Virus genome (UHGV): UHGV-1010924
From: a virus
Reading direction: 5' to 3' (one strand)
DNA length: 36,858 bases
Part shown: positions 1 to 8,753 of the stretch, in pieces
Position numbering within the stretch: the stretch's first letter is position 1
Layout: the number at the start of each line of letters is the position of its first letter
Made by a program: the position numbers and the translations under genes
The notes under the pieces: generated by a model
The model's input: only the letters and a program-made list of their open reading frames with translations
What the model was told of the DNA's origin: nothing
The model's database searches: none

Positions 1-291
1 TCGCAGAAGCTGGAAGAGGTGACGGCCATCGACACGTTCATCCAGGGCGCGCTGATCGTTGCACAGGCTGATCCTACCGTGATGGACAACATCGACATGG
101 ACGAGGCCCAGCGCTTCAAGGGTGAAGCCTTGGGCGTACCTGGCTCGATCATCCGCAGCTCGGCCGACCGGGACAAGATCCGCGCCGACCGCGCCCAGGC
201 CCAGCAGGCAGCACAGGAGCAGGAGCAGCAGCAAATGATGATGCAGCAGGCCGGCGACGCCGCGCTTAAACAACGGGGGGCCGCAGCGTGA
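1..291 (+). CDS. Portal (head-to-tail connector) protein, C-terminal 97 codons; the ORF is open at the window start and is in frame with the portal N-terminus at the window end
   Basis: ORF is open from position 1 in frame 1 and stops with TGA at 289-291. The Gln-rich tail (QAQQAAQEQEQQQMMMQQ) is typical of T7-type portals. It sits immediately upstream of the scaffold gene, as in T7 gp8-gp9. Confidence 0.7.
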   Translation, partial: SQKLEEVTAIDTFIQGALIVAQADPTVMDNIDMDEAQRFKGEALGVPGSIIRSSADRDKIRADRAQAQQAAQEQEQQQMMMQQAGDAALKQRGAAA

Positions 292-533
292 GCCTGACAC
301 CCGAGCAGACCGACGACATGTTCAAGCGCGTGTTCGAGGACCACCACGAAGGCCGCATCGTGCTGGACCTGCTGATCCAGCGCTTTGCAAAGAACGCCTG
401 CACCGTGGGTGGCATCGACGCCATCCTCACCACGTACAAACAAGCCGGGGCCCGTGAAGTCCTGGACCACATCATGAACCGCGTTAACCGCGCCAATGGC
501 GTCCAAGACGACCCTAACGACCGAGAGGAATGA
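288..533 (+). CDS. Hypothetical small protein (81 aa) between portal and scaffold
   Basis: GTG start overlaps the portal stop (GTGA) and its stop overlaps the scaffold start (ATGA). Codon usage matches the neighbouring genes. There is no T7 equivalent at this position. Confidence 0.5.
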   Translation: MSLTPEQTDDMFKRVFEDHHEGRIVLDLLIQRFAKNACTVGGIDAILTTYKQAGAREVLDHIMNRVNRANGVQDDPNDREE

Positions 534-1372
534 CGATGAACATGTTTACCCATGGCCGACTGAACCACTTCATGGCCGAAGCCCCCGAGGGCGGCGACCC
601 ATCGACCGCAGCACCTGCAGCACCTACACCCACCGGCTCCGTGCTGGATAGCGGTGCACAGCCTGACTACTTCCCCGAGAAGTACCAGGTCAAGAAGGAA
701 GACGGCTCGCTCGACCTGGAACAGTCCAGCCGCAAGCTGGCCGAGTCCTACAAGCACTTGGAGACCCGACTGGGTTCCGGTGACATCCCGCCGAAGACTG
801 CCGACGAATACGCCGTGAAGCTGGAAGGCGTCGAGGGCTTCAACTGGGACGAGTTCAAGGCTGACGAGGGCACCCAGTCGTTCCTCAATGGCGCGCACGC
901 CAAGGGCCTGACCAATGCCCAGGTTGAGTACGTGATCGGCGAGTACATGAAGGCAGCTCCCGGCCTGGTCGAGGGCGGGGTGCAGTTGAGTCAGCAGGAT
1001 TGCGCCGCGACGCTCAAGGCCGCATGGGGTGACGAGCAGGCTATGACGCAGAACGTGCGTGCGTCGTACCGCGCTGCTGAGACCTTCGCCAGTGAACCGG
1101 GCAAGCCTGGGAACTTCGCCGCGCTCCAGGCCAAGTATGGCAACGACCCGGACTTCATTGCGTTCACCGCCAACATCGGCCGCGAACTCAAGGAGGACAA
1201 CGCCATCAACGGCGGCGCCCAGGTCAACGAAGCTGACTTCAACATCAAAGCCGCTGAACTGCGCGCCCAGCTCCAGGCTTTGCCCGCGCACGATCCCAAG
1301 CGCCCAGGCGTCCAGGCCCAGCTCGATGCGATGTACGAGCAGAAGTACAGCAAGCCGAAGACCCGCTTCTAA
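530..1372 (+). CDS. Head scaffolding protein (T7 gp9-like)
   Basis: 280 aa. The N-terminus is Pro/Ala-rich and low complexity; the rest is acidic with helical character. It lies between portal and major capsid. RBS GAGAGG at 523-528. Confidence 0.65.
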   Translation: MTMNMFTHGRLNHFMAEAPEGGDPSTAAPAAPTPTGSVLDSGAQPDYFPEKYQVKKEDGSLDLEQSSRKLAESYKHLETRLGSGDIPPKTADEYAVKLEGVEGFNWDEFKADEGTQSFLNGAHAKGLTNAQVEYVIGEYMKAAPGLVEGGVQLSQQDCAATLKAAWGDEQAMTQNVRASYRAAETFASEPGKPGNFAALQAKYGNDPDFIAFTANIGRELKEDNAINGGAQVNEADFNIKAAELRAQLQALPAHDPKRPGVQAQLDAMYEQKYSKPKTRF

Positions 1373-1383
1373 CTCCCCGCGTC

Positions 1384-1403
1384 AAATAGTCGGGAAACCG
1401 ACA
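1384..1403 (+). promoter_or_regulatory. Conserved late-region element, copy 1
   Basis: aaatagtcgggaaaccgaca. It lies 12 nt after the scaffold stop and 170 nt upstream of the capsid start. Confidence 0.6.
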
Positions 1404-1571
1404 CCCCCCACGCACGAACATCGCAGGCATCCCAGCAATGGGCCGGCCTGCGATGGCACGCAGACACCCGGAAAGCCCCGAGGCGCAGCAAAGCCGATGC
1501 ACGCCAGGTAATCCCGGCCCGCGATGCGGACAACCGGCAGGCAATCCCTAATCTGCATTGGAGTGCATCAT

Positions 1572-2435
1572 ATGTCCCAGCAAATCACCGAGGCGTTTGT
1601 CCAGCAGTTCGCTGACAACTTCCGCCACGTTGCTCAACAGTCCACCTCTCGCCTTGAGACCACTGTTGCGCAAGAGCCCAACATCGTCGGTATGTCCAAG
1701 TCGATCAACCGCCTGGGCCAGCGTACCGCTACCCGCCGCACCCAGCGCCACGGCGACACCCCGATCAACGATCAACCGCACTCGACCCGCTACGTCGACC
1801 TCTACGACTGGGAAGACGGCGACATGGTCGATGACCAGGACAAGATCCGTATGTTGGTTGACCCGACTTCGGACTACGTCAAGGCCATGGTTGCCTCGCT
1901 GAACCGTGCCAAGGACGACGTAATCATCAGCTCGTTGGGCGGCAACTCGCGCTCCACCAGCGGCAATATCATCCTGCCTACCGCGCAGAAGATCGCCGTC
2001 GGCGGCACCAACCTGACCAAGGCCAAGATCATCCAGGCCAAAACCCTGTTCCGCACCAACGAAGCGGACGAGGAAGCGGGCGAAGAGCTGTACATGCTCT
2101 ACAACGCTGCGGCCGCTGCACAGATCCTGGCTGACACCACCCTGACCAGCACCGACTACCTCGCCGGCCAGTTCCTGCGTGAAGGCAGCGTGCGCGGCAA
2201 GTGGATGGGCTTCAACTGGATTCCTACCGAGCGCTGCCCGAAGGTATCGACCACTCGCTTCCTGTACGCCTACGCCAAGTCCGGCGTAACCCTGGGCAAG
2301 GGCGCGGACATCATGACCAAGGTTGGCGAAGATCCAGGCAAGGGCTTCAACGTCCGCATCTACGCCAAGATGTCTATCGGCTCCGTCCGGGTCGAAGAAG
2401 AGAAAGTCGTGGAGATCGCCTGCCTTGAGCCATAA
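1572..2435 (+). CDS. Major capsid protein (T7 gp10-like)
   Basis: ATG at 1572 preceded by GGAGTG. 287 aa. Position between scaffold and tail tubular A. A strong intrinsic terminator follows the next small gene, analogous to T-phi after T7 gene 10. Confidence 0.7.
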   Translation: MSQQITEAFVQQFADNFRHVAQQSTSRLETTVAQEPNIVGMSKSINRLGQRTATRRTQRHGDTPINDQPHSTRYVDLYDWEDGDMVDDQDKIRMLVDPTSDYVKAMVASLNRAKDDVIISSLGGNSRSTSGNIILPTAQKIAVGGTNLTKAKIIQAKTLFRTNEADEEAGEELYMLYNAAAAAQILADTTLTSTDYLAGQFLREGSVRGKWMGFNWIPTERCPKVSTTRFLYAYAKSGVTLGKGADIMTKVGEDPGKGFNVRIYAKMSIGSVRVEEEKVVEIACLEP

Positions 2436-2480
2436 GCCAGGCGCTTCACAACCCAACTCATTGATTCAGGAGCTTTAAAC

Positions 2481-2942
2481 ATGGCAACCGTTCTCGCAAG
2501 TCTCGCGGCAGCCCGAGTGGCTTACCCGCAAACCCTGGTTAAACCGAACCTGCAAGGTGCGGACATCCAGACCTTCATCAGTACTTACACCGTGCCAGTT
2601 GGTGGTGTGGCCATCGGCGACGTGATTTCGTGGGGCTATCTGCCCTTCGGCGCTCGCCTGATGCCAGGCACCGCCATCTTCTGCGCCGCCGGCACCGCGT
2701 CGTCCACCATCAACCTGGGCGATGCCGTGACTCCGGCTCGGTACATGGCTGCATCGTCTGCCGCGTCCGCTGCCAAGCTGCCGGCCGAAGCCCAGTTCAC
2801 CAACGGCGCGCTGTTTGAAGTGAGCGTGACCAAGCCAGGTGACGCAACCGACACCAGTGAACTGCGCTCTGTCGTGGCAGGCGCCGCACTGCTGGCCGGC
2901 CAGGTGCTGACCTTGGTGGCCTTCTACGCCGGCCAGAACTGA
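2481..2942 (+). CDS. Hypothetical virion protein (153 aa, Ala-rich); possible minor capsid or decoration protein
   Basis: RBS AGGAGC at 2467-2472. Located between the capsid gene and the terminator at 2976. Confidence 0.5.
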   Translation: MATVLASLAAARVAYPQTLVKPNLQGADIQTFISTYTVPVGGVAIGDVISWGYLPFGARLMPGTAIFCAAGTASSTINLGDAVTPARYMAASSAASAAKLPAEAQFTNGALFEVSVTKPGDATDTSELRSVVAGAALLAGQVLTLVAFYAGQN

Positions 2943-2975
2943 TTTCACGGGCCGCCATGGACGGCAACAATTTAC

Positions 2976-3001
2976 CGGGGCCGTGTGCCCCGGTCTTTTT
3001 A
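2976..3001 (+). terminator. Rho-independent terminator after the capsid genes (analogous to T7 T-phi)
   Basis: Stem ccggggc/gccccgg (7 bp), loop cgtgt, followed by tcttttta. Confidence 0.75.
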
Positions 3002-3014
3002 TCTGGAGGTTGGG

Positions 3015-3602
3015 ATGACAATGGCCACAGGTGTATCGATCTGCTCCAACGCGCTACTGATGCTTGGGGCTCAGACCATCAACGACTTTGCCGATCAGGA
3101 GAACCTTGACCGGGCGAAGCTGTGCGCGAACCTGTACCCGACCGTCCGTGATGACATGTTGCGCGCCCATCCGTGGAACTGCTGCGTCAAACGCGCTGTG
3201 CTGGCGCCTGATGCTGTTGCCCCTGCTTTCGGTTACTCCCAGTCCTTTGAGCTTCCGGCTGACTTCTCGCGGGTGCTGGAGGTTGGCGCCAATGGTTGCC
3301 AGATCGATTACTTGGTCGAGGGCCGCACGATCCAGGCGAACACCACGGTGCTTGAGTTGCGCTACGTGTTCCGCAACGAGGTGGAAAACACCTGGGATGC
3401 TCACTTGGTGAAGCTGGTCACCCTGGCCATGGCCGCCGCGATGGCTTACCCGGTGACGCAATCGGCCTCGATGCAGCAAACCATGGAGCAGAAGCTGGAG
3501 ACATCCCTGCGCCGCGCCCGCGCCGTCGATGGCCAGGAAGATCCGCCGCAGACCCTGGGCGATGAACGACTGTACGCCGCGCGCTTCGGGAGTTACTGGT
3601 AA
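3015..3602 (+). CDS. Tail tubular protein A (T7 gp11-like)
   Basis: 196 aa, the same length as T7 gp11. RBS GGAGG at 3005-3009. The N-terminal pattern ICSNALLMLGAQTINDF resembles the T7 gp11 N-terminus. Synteny supports the call. Confidence 0.7.
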   Translation: MTMATGVSICSNALLMLGAQTINDFADQENLDRAKLCANLYPTVRDDMLRAHPWNCCVKRAVLAPDAVAPAFGYSQSFELPADFSRVLEVGANGCQIDYLVEGRTIQANTTVLELRYVFRNEVENTWDAHLVKLVTLAMAAAMAYPVTQSASMQQTMEQKLETSLRRARAVDGQEDPPQTLGDERLYAARFGSYW

Positions 3603-5764
3603 TGCCTCGCCTGACGCTGAACCAAACGAACTTTACCGCCGGGGAGGTTTCCCCCCGAATGCTGGGGCGAGTCGACATTGCCCGGTATCAGAACGGCGCC
3701 GAGATCATCCAGAACGCCTGGCCCGTCATCCACGGCGGCTGTGTGCGCCGCGATGGCACTCTGATGTGTTCCCCTGCCAAGTACCCGGATAAAAACTGCC
3801 GCCTCGTTCCGTACGTGTTCAACGCGGCCCAGGCGTACATGGTTGAAATGGGTGACCTGTACGTGCGCATCCACTTCGCCGACGGCACCTACAGCGGGAT
3901 CGAGCTGCCCAGTCCGTACGCCCACACGATCCTCGACCGCCTGGATTATGTGCAGGGCGCCGACACCATGTTCATCTTCTGCAACACGGTGCCCGTCTAC
4001 CGCCTTCGCCGTATCACCAATACCGAGTGGAGCCTGGCCCCGGCCCCGTTCGTAACCAAGCCGTTCGACGAGAAGGGCATCGACTTCCTGACCGCGATCA
4101 CCATCGACAACCCGGCGGTGGGCACCGGTCGTACCGTGACGGCGTCCGAAGCTGCATTCCTTGCCGCTGACGTTGGGCGCGAAATCTGGTCCGGCGGTGG
4201 CGTGGCCAAGATCACCGCGGTGACCAGCGCAACCGTGGCAACCGTCGAGGTGACCAACGCATTCAGTGCGACAACCCGGCCTACTTGGTCGTTGAAGGGG
4301 TCGCCGCAGACCACCAACACGCTGAGCGCCGCTACTCCCGTGGGGGCATCCGTCAGCATGACGCTGGGCGCCGCTGGCTGGCGCGCCACCGACGTGGGCA
4401 AGTTCGTCAAGATCAACGGCGGGCTGCTTGAGGTTGTGACCTATACGAGCCCTACAGCGGCTTCTGGGATTATCCGGTCTGCCCCGACATCCGCAGTTGC
4501 ATCACCGGCCAACGCCTGGTCGCTTGAGGCGTCTGTCTGGAACGACATCGACGGCTATCCAGGCACCGGCACCCTGTACGAACAGCGTCTTGCTCTGGGC
4601 GGCTCGCCGAACTTCCCACAAACCATCTGGGAGTCCCGCACTGGTGAGTACCTGAACTTCGAACTGGGCACCAAGGACGATGACGCCATCTCGTACAACC
4701 TGTCGTCTGACCAGATCAATCCGATTCTGCACATCGGCCAGATCAATGCCCTGATCCCGCTGACCTACGGCGGCGAGTTCACCGTGAGCGGCGGTGTGGA
4801 AAAGGCAATCACGCCGACCAACATCCGCGCCAAAAACCCGTCGGTCTATGGTTGCAACAAGGTGCGCCCGGTGCGCATCGGCAACGAGCTGTATTTCATC
4901 CAGCGCGCCGGCCGCAAGCTGCGTGCCATGGCCTACAAGTACGACTCCGACACCTTCGGCTCGCCCGATATGTCCGTGCTGGCTGAGCATGCAACCAAGT
5001 CCGGCATCGTCGACATGGCCTACCAGCAGGAGCCCGAGTCGATCCTGTATATGGTCCGGGCCGATGGCGTCATGGCGACCATGACCGTGGACCGAGACCA
5101 GGACGTTATCGGCTGGGCCCGCCAAATCACCGATGGCGCATACGAGTCGGCTGCTGCGATTCCTACCGCGTCCGGCGACCAGGTGTGGGTGCTGGTGCGC
5201 CGCACCATCAACGGTCAGAACGTGCGCTACATCGAGCGGTTTACAGCCGGCGTACGCGTGGACTCCGGTGTGAATGCCACCGACGCCACCGGTAAGACCG
5301 TGTGGGGAGGGCTGTCGCACCTGGAAGGGAAGATGGTCGACATCGTCGCCGACGGCGTTGTGATGCAGCAGCAGCAGGTAGTGGGTGGACAGGTAACAAT
5401 CCCGCGCAACGCCAAAGAGACATCGATCGGCCTGAACTTCAAAACACTGATCAAGACCCTGACCCCCGAGGCAGCCGGTAACACTGGCAGCTCACAGGGC
5501 AACAGCATGCGTATTGGCGAGGTTTCGTTGCGATTCCTCGATACCACCGGCTGCAAGGTGAAAGGCAAGGGTGTCGCGCAAACCATCAGCTTCCGCAACC
5601 TGGGCGAAGGCGTGCTGGACCAGCCGCCGGATAACTTCGTGGGCGTCAAGCGCCTGGAGAACCTGGGGTGGGAGCGCGGCGAGGCAACGCTGGAAATCAT
5701 GCAGGACCAGCCTTTGCCGTTTCACCTGCTCAACGTCATTAAAAAAATCACAATCAACGACTGA
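3602..5764 (+). CDS. Tail tubular protein B (T7 gp12-like)
   Basis: 720 aa. ATG overlaps the gp11-like stop (TAATG). Synteny supports the call. Confidence 0.65.
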   Translation: MPRLTLNQTNFTAGEVSPRMLGRVDIARYQNGAEIIQNAWPVIHGGCVRRDGTLMCSPAKYPDKNCRLVPYVFNAAQAYMVEMGDLYVRIHFADGTYSGIELPSPYAHTILDRLDYVQGADTMFIFCNTVPVYRLRRITNTEWSLAPAPFVTKPFDEKGIDFLTAITIDNPAVGTGRTVTASEAAFLAADVGREIWSGGGVAKITAVTSATVATVEVTNAFSATTRPTWSLKGSPQTTNTLSAATPVGASVSMTLGAAGWRATDVGKFVKINGGLLEVVTYTSPTAASGIIRSAPTSAVASPANAWSLEASVWNDIDGYPGTGTLYEQRLALGGSPNFPQTIWESRTGEYLNFELGTKDDDAISYNLSSDQINPILHIGQINALIPLTYGGEFTVSGGVEKAITPTNIRAKNPSVYGCNKVRPVRIGNELYFIQRAGRKLRAMAYKYDSDTFGSPDMSVLAEHATKSGIVDMAYQQEPESILYMVRADGVMATMTVDRDQDVIGWARQITDGAYESAAAIPTASGDQVWVLVRRTINGQNVRYIERFTAGVRVDSGVNATDATGKTVWGGLSHLEGKMVDIVADGVVMQQQQVVGGQVTIPRNAKETSIGLNFKTLIKTLTPEAAGNTGSSQGNSMRIGEVSLRFLDTTGCKVKGKGVAQTISFRNLGEGVLDQPPDNFVGVKRLENLGWERGEATLEIMQDQPLPFHLLNVIKKITIND

Positions 5765-5771
5765 GGTTCCC

Positions 5772-6215
5772 ATGATCAGGCCCGCCAAGCACTCCGATGT
5801 TCCCCGGCTGATCGAGCTGGGAACCCTGCTGCACGCTACCAGCAGCTACTCGACCATGAACTTCTGCCCTGACAAGTCGGCCGCATTCCTGCATGAGCTG
5901 ATCAACGGGCAGGGCGTTGTGTTCGTTGCCGAGGTGCGCGGCGAGGTGGTTGGCGGCATGGCTGGCGCCGTGACTGAACAATGGTTCAGCAACGACTTGA
6001 TCGCCTACGACTATTCCATCTTCGTCGAACCGTCAAAGCGCAATGGCGTGATCGCTGTGCGCCTGATCCAGACGTTCAAAGAGTGGGCAAGGATCAAGGG
6101 GGCGAAGCAGATTTACATGGGCATCGGCACCGGGGTCAGCGTTGAGGGAACCACCCGGCTTTATGAATCCCAAGGGCTGCGCAACATCGGCCCGCTTTTG
6201 ATGATGGAGATCTGA
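5772..6215 (+). CDS. GNAT-family N-acetyltransferase (148 aa) inserted in the virion module
   Basis: ATG at 5772 with RBS GAGGTT. The acetyl-CoA-binding motif region is VFVAEVRGEVVGGMAG ... IQTFKEWARIKGAKQIYMGIGTG. The longer ORF call from 5571 overlaps the end of gp12 and is rejected. Confidence 0.7.
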   Translation: MIRPAKHSDVPRLIELGTLLHATSSYSTMNFCPDKSAAFLHELINGQGVVFVAEVRGEVVGGMAGAVTEQWFSNDLIAYDYSIFVEPSKRNGVIAVRLIQTFKEWARIKGAKQIYMGIGTGVSVEGTTRLYESQGLRNIGPLLMMEI

Positions 6216-6216
6216 C

Positions 6217-6735
6217 ATGGCAGTAGGAGCAGTGGGGATGGCCGCTTATGCGGCAATGGCAGCGGCCACCGTGTACTCGGTGTATTCCACCCAGCAATCG
6301 GGCAAGCAAGCTCAGCTCAATGCTAACGCCCAATCCGATCAGGCCCAGGCCGATGCCGATACAGCCGCCAGTGCTGCCGTGGTGCAGGCCGATCGTATCC
6401 GCCGCCTGGCGCGTAACCAGGCCAGCGAAGCCAATGCCGCCCTGGCAGCCTCCGGTGTTGAGACCGGCGCCGGCACCGCGATCAACATCAACGAGCAGAT
6501 CATCGGTAACGCCGAGGAAGACGCGGCGCTGACAATCTTCAACGGCAAGAACCAGCGTGCCCGTGGATACGTCGACGCCAGCAACTACACGCTGGCAGGC
6601 CAACAGGCGCGCGGCAATGCCAATGCCCAGTCCATCGGGACTGTTCTATCTGCTGGCGCTCAAGCCGGTATGGCGTGGAAGGCATCCGCCGCCGGTAAGA
6701 ACGCAACCGTTCCAAGTGTTGGGGGGAATGCCTGA
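6217..6735 (+). CDS. Internal virion protein (gp14-like, 172 aa)
   Basis: Ala/Gln/Asn-rich with a hydrophobic N-terminus. Lies between the GNAT gene and the large internal virion proteins. Stop and start codons overlap the flanking genes. Confidence 0.55.
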   Translation: MAVGAVGMAAYAAMAAATVYSVYSTQQSGKQAQLNANAQSDQAQADADTAASAAVVQADRIRRLARNQASEANAALAASGVETGAGTAININEQIIGNAEEDAALTIFNGKNQRARGYVDASNYTLAGQQARGNANAQSIGTVLSAGAQAGMAWKASAAGKNATVPSVGGNA

Positions 6736-8753
6736 TGGCACAGATTCCGCTGGGCAATTTCGCGCAGGCACGCGCCGTACCAGATGCACCGCAGAACCGC
6801 GTTGTCACCATGGACAACCGTGGACAGGCCCAGGCCGCGCAACAGGTCGCCAGCACCGTGCAGAGCGCGGCGTTGGGCGTGCTGGACAACATCAACAAGG
6901 AAGACCAGGCCCTTGCCAGGGTGAAGGCCAGTAACGCGCTTATCGACCGCGAGTCGCAGATCAAGACCATCGCCACGGACCTTGACGAGAAAATGCGCAC
7001 CGGTCAGTTGCCCTACGAAAAGTCCGAAGAGGCATACAACGCCGCTGTGTCCAAGCTTGACCCGGTGATAACGCCAGGTCTGGACGAGGCGCAACAGGGC
7101 GAGATCGGCAACTCGATCAAGCGCATCCAGCTGGGCGGCCTGGACAGCATCCGTTCCTCGGCAGCCAAGGGGCGTATCCAGTCGGCACAGAGCGACCTGG
7201 TGTCGCGCATGGATATGCTGGGCAAAGATGCCGCCATGCCCGGTGCAAACGTTGACCAGATCAATGCCCGCATGGATGCCGAAGACATTGACGTTGCCGG
7301 CCACCTGGCGTTCGGCGAAGCCTGGACCAGCAAGAAGCAGGAATTCAAGGACAACAACTGGACCACACACGCCACCCAGCGCGTGATCGAGGCGCGGGAA
7401 AGTGTGGGCAGCCTGCAAAAGCTTGAGCATGACCTGACCGCCGAGGACGGTTTCTACGCCCGCAAGCTGGACCCCGAGAAGCGCAATCAACTGCTGAACA
7501 CCGTGAGCGGTCGCATCTTCCAAGTGAAGGAACACCAGCAGCGCCAGGCCGAAATGCGCGAAATGAAGGCCGAGCGCGCGCTAACCCAGATGGATCGCCA
7601 GGCCGCCACCGGGGTTCCGCCAACACCTGCAGATCAGCAGCGGTGGAAATCGTTGGTCTCCGGCACGTCCGTTGCCGGCGAGTTCAACACCCGCATGCAG
7701 GAAATGACCCAGGTGCAGACCCTGCTGAGACAGCCGCCAGCGGTGGCCCAGCAGTTCATCGACCAGCAGCGCCAACAGATGCAGGCGAACGGCGGCAGCG
7801 TGGCCCAGCAAGCCAACCTGAACCGGTTGCAGTCGGCGGTGGACAACAACATCAAGATGATGCGCGAAACCCCGCTGGTGTTTAACGCCATGCGCACTGG
7901 CTCCGATGTTGCACCACTGGACGTGGCGGGCATTGCCACGCCCGAGGGCCAACAGAAGCTTGGCGAGCAGATTGCCGACCGGTTCGACGTGGTCAACGCG
8001 GTGCGCAAGGCATATGGCCCTGAGGTCAACCGCAACCCATGGAAGCCAGAAGAACAGGTCATGCTGTCCTCGCTGATCAAGCAGGCCGACGATGGCACCA
8101 AGCTGCAACTGTTAGGCGCCATCGCAAAATCTTCACCGTCTGGGGCTGACTATGCCGCCGCGATAAAACCAATCGCGGGCGATGACCCGATTGTAACCTT
8201 GGCAGGCATGGCTCAGTTCCGCAAACTCAAGGGCGCAGACGGCACCGACGTACCGCGCACGCTGCTGGCCGGTGCAAAGGTGCTGGCCGACAAATCGGTG
8301 CCGCTGCCCAAGGACAAGTTCTTCCGCGAGGCATTCGACGAACACGCCGGGGCATCGCTGGTTCCTGGCACCCCGCAGCGCGAGCAAGCCTACCTTGCAT
8401 TCAAATCCCTGTACGCCGGCACCGCCGCGTCGAAGGGGTTGAAGTACGACGAGGGTGACGATCTGGACAAGAAGACCGCCCAGGCCGCGTTCGATATGGC
8501 AACCGGTGGTGTTGCTGAGCGGGCCGGCGCCCGGGTGATAAAACCGTATGGGATGGATGACGACACGTTTAACAAGTCCGTGGATATGCAGCTGGAAGGC
8601 ATGGCCAAGAACAGCAAAATCCCAGTGAGCCAGCTGGAAGACATGCCAATGATGCCGGTGCCAGGCAAGGAGGGCATGTACTACCTGCTGAACGCCGGCC
8701 GGGTGCAGCTTGACCCGGACACCCAACAACCCATCACGGTGATCGTCAAATGA
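6735..8753 (+). CDS. Internal virion (ejection/core) protein, gp15-like (672 aa)
   Basis: Large helical, Gln-rich protein at the T7 gp15 position. ATGA overlaps on both sides. Confidence 0.6.
   Translation: MAQIPLGNFAQARAVPDAPQNRVVTMDNRGQAQAAQQVASTVQSAALGVLDNINKEDQALARVKASNALIDRESQIKTIATDLDEKMRTGQLPYEKSEEAYNAAVSKLDPVITPGLDEAQQGEIGNSIKRIQLGGLDSIRSSAAKGRIQSAQSDLVSRMDMLGKDAAMPGANVDQINARMDAEDIDVAGHLAFGEAWTSKKQEFKDNNWTTHATQRVIEARESVGSLQKLEHDLTAEDGFYARKLDPEKRNQLLNTVSGRIFQVKEHQQRQAEMREMKAERALTQMDRQAATGVPPTPADQQRWKSLVSGTSVAGEFNTRMQEMTQVQTLLRQPPAVAQQFIDQQRQQMQANGGSVAQQANLNRLQSAVDNNIKMMRETPLVFNAMRTGSDVAPLDVAGIATPEGQQKLGEQIADRFDVVNAVRKAYGPEVNRNPWKPEEQVMLSSLIKQADDGTKLQLLGAIAKSSPSGADYAAAIKPIAGDDPIVTLAGMAQFRKLKGADGTDVPRTLLAGAKVLADKSVPLPKDKFFREAFDEHAGASLVPGTPQREQAYLAFKSLYAGTAASKGLKYDEGDDLDKKTAQAAFDMATGGVAERAGARVIKPYGMDDDTFNKSVDMQLEGMAKNSKIPVSQLEDMPMMPVPGKEGMYYLLNAGRVQLDPDTQQPITVIVK

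Noticed and set aside
5571-6215. A long 214-aa version of the GNAT ORF
   Set aside because: The first 67 codons overlap the 3' end of the tail tubular B gene in another frame and encode low-complexity Ser/Arg-rich sequence. The ATG at 5772 with RBS GAGGTT is the real start.
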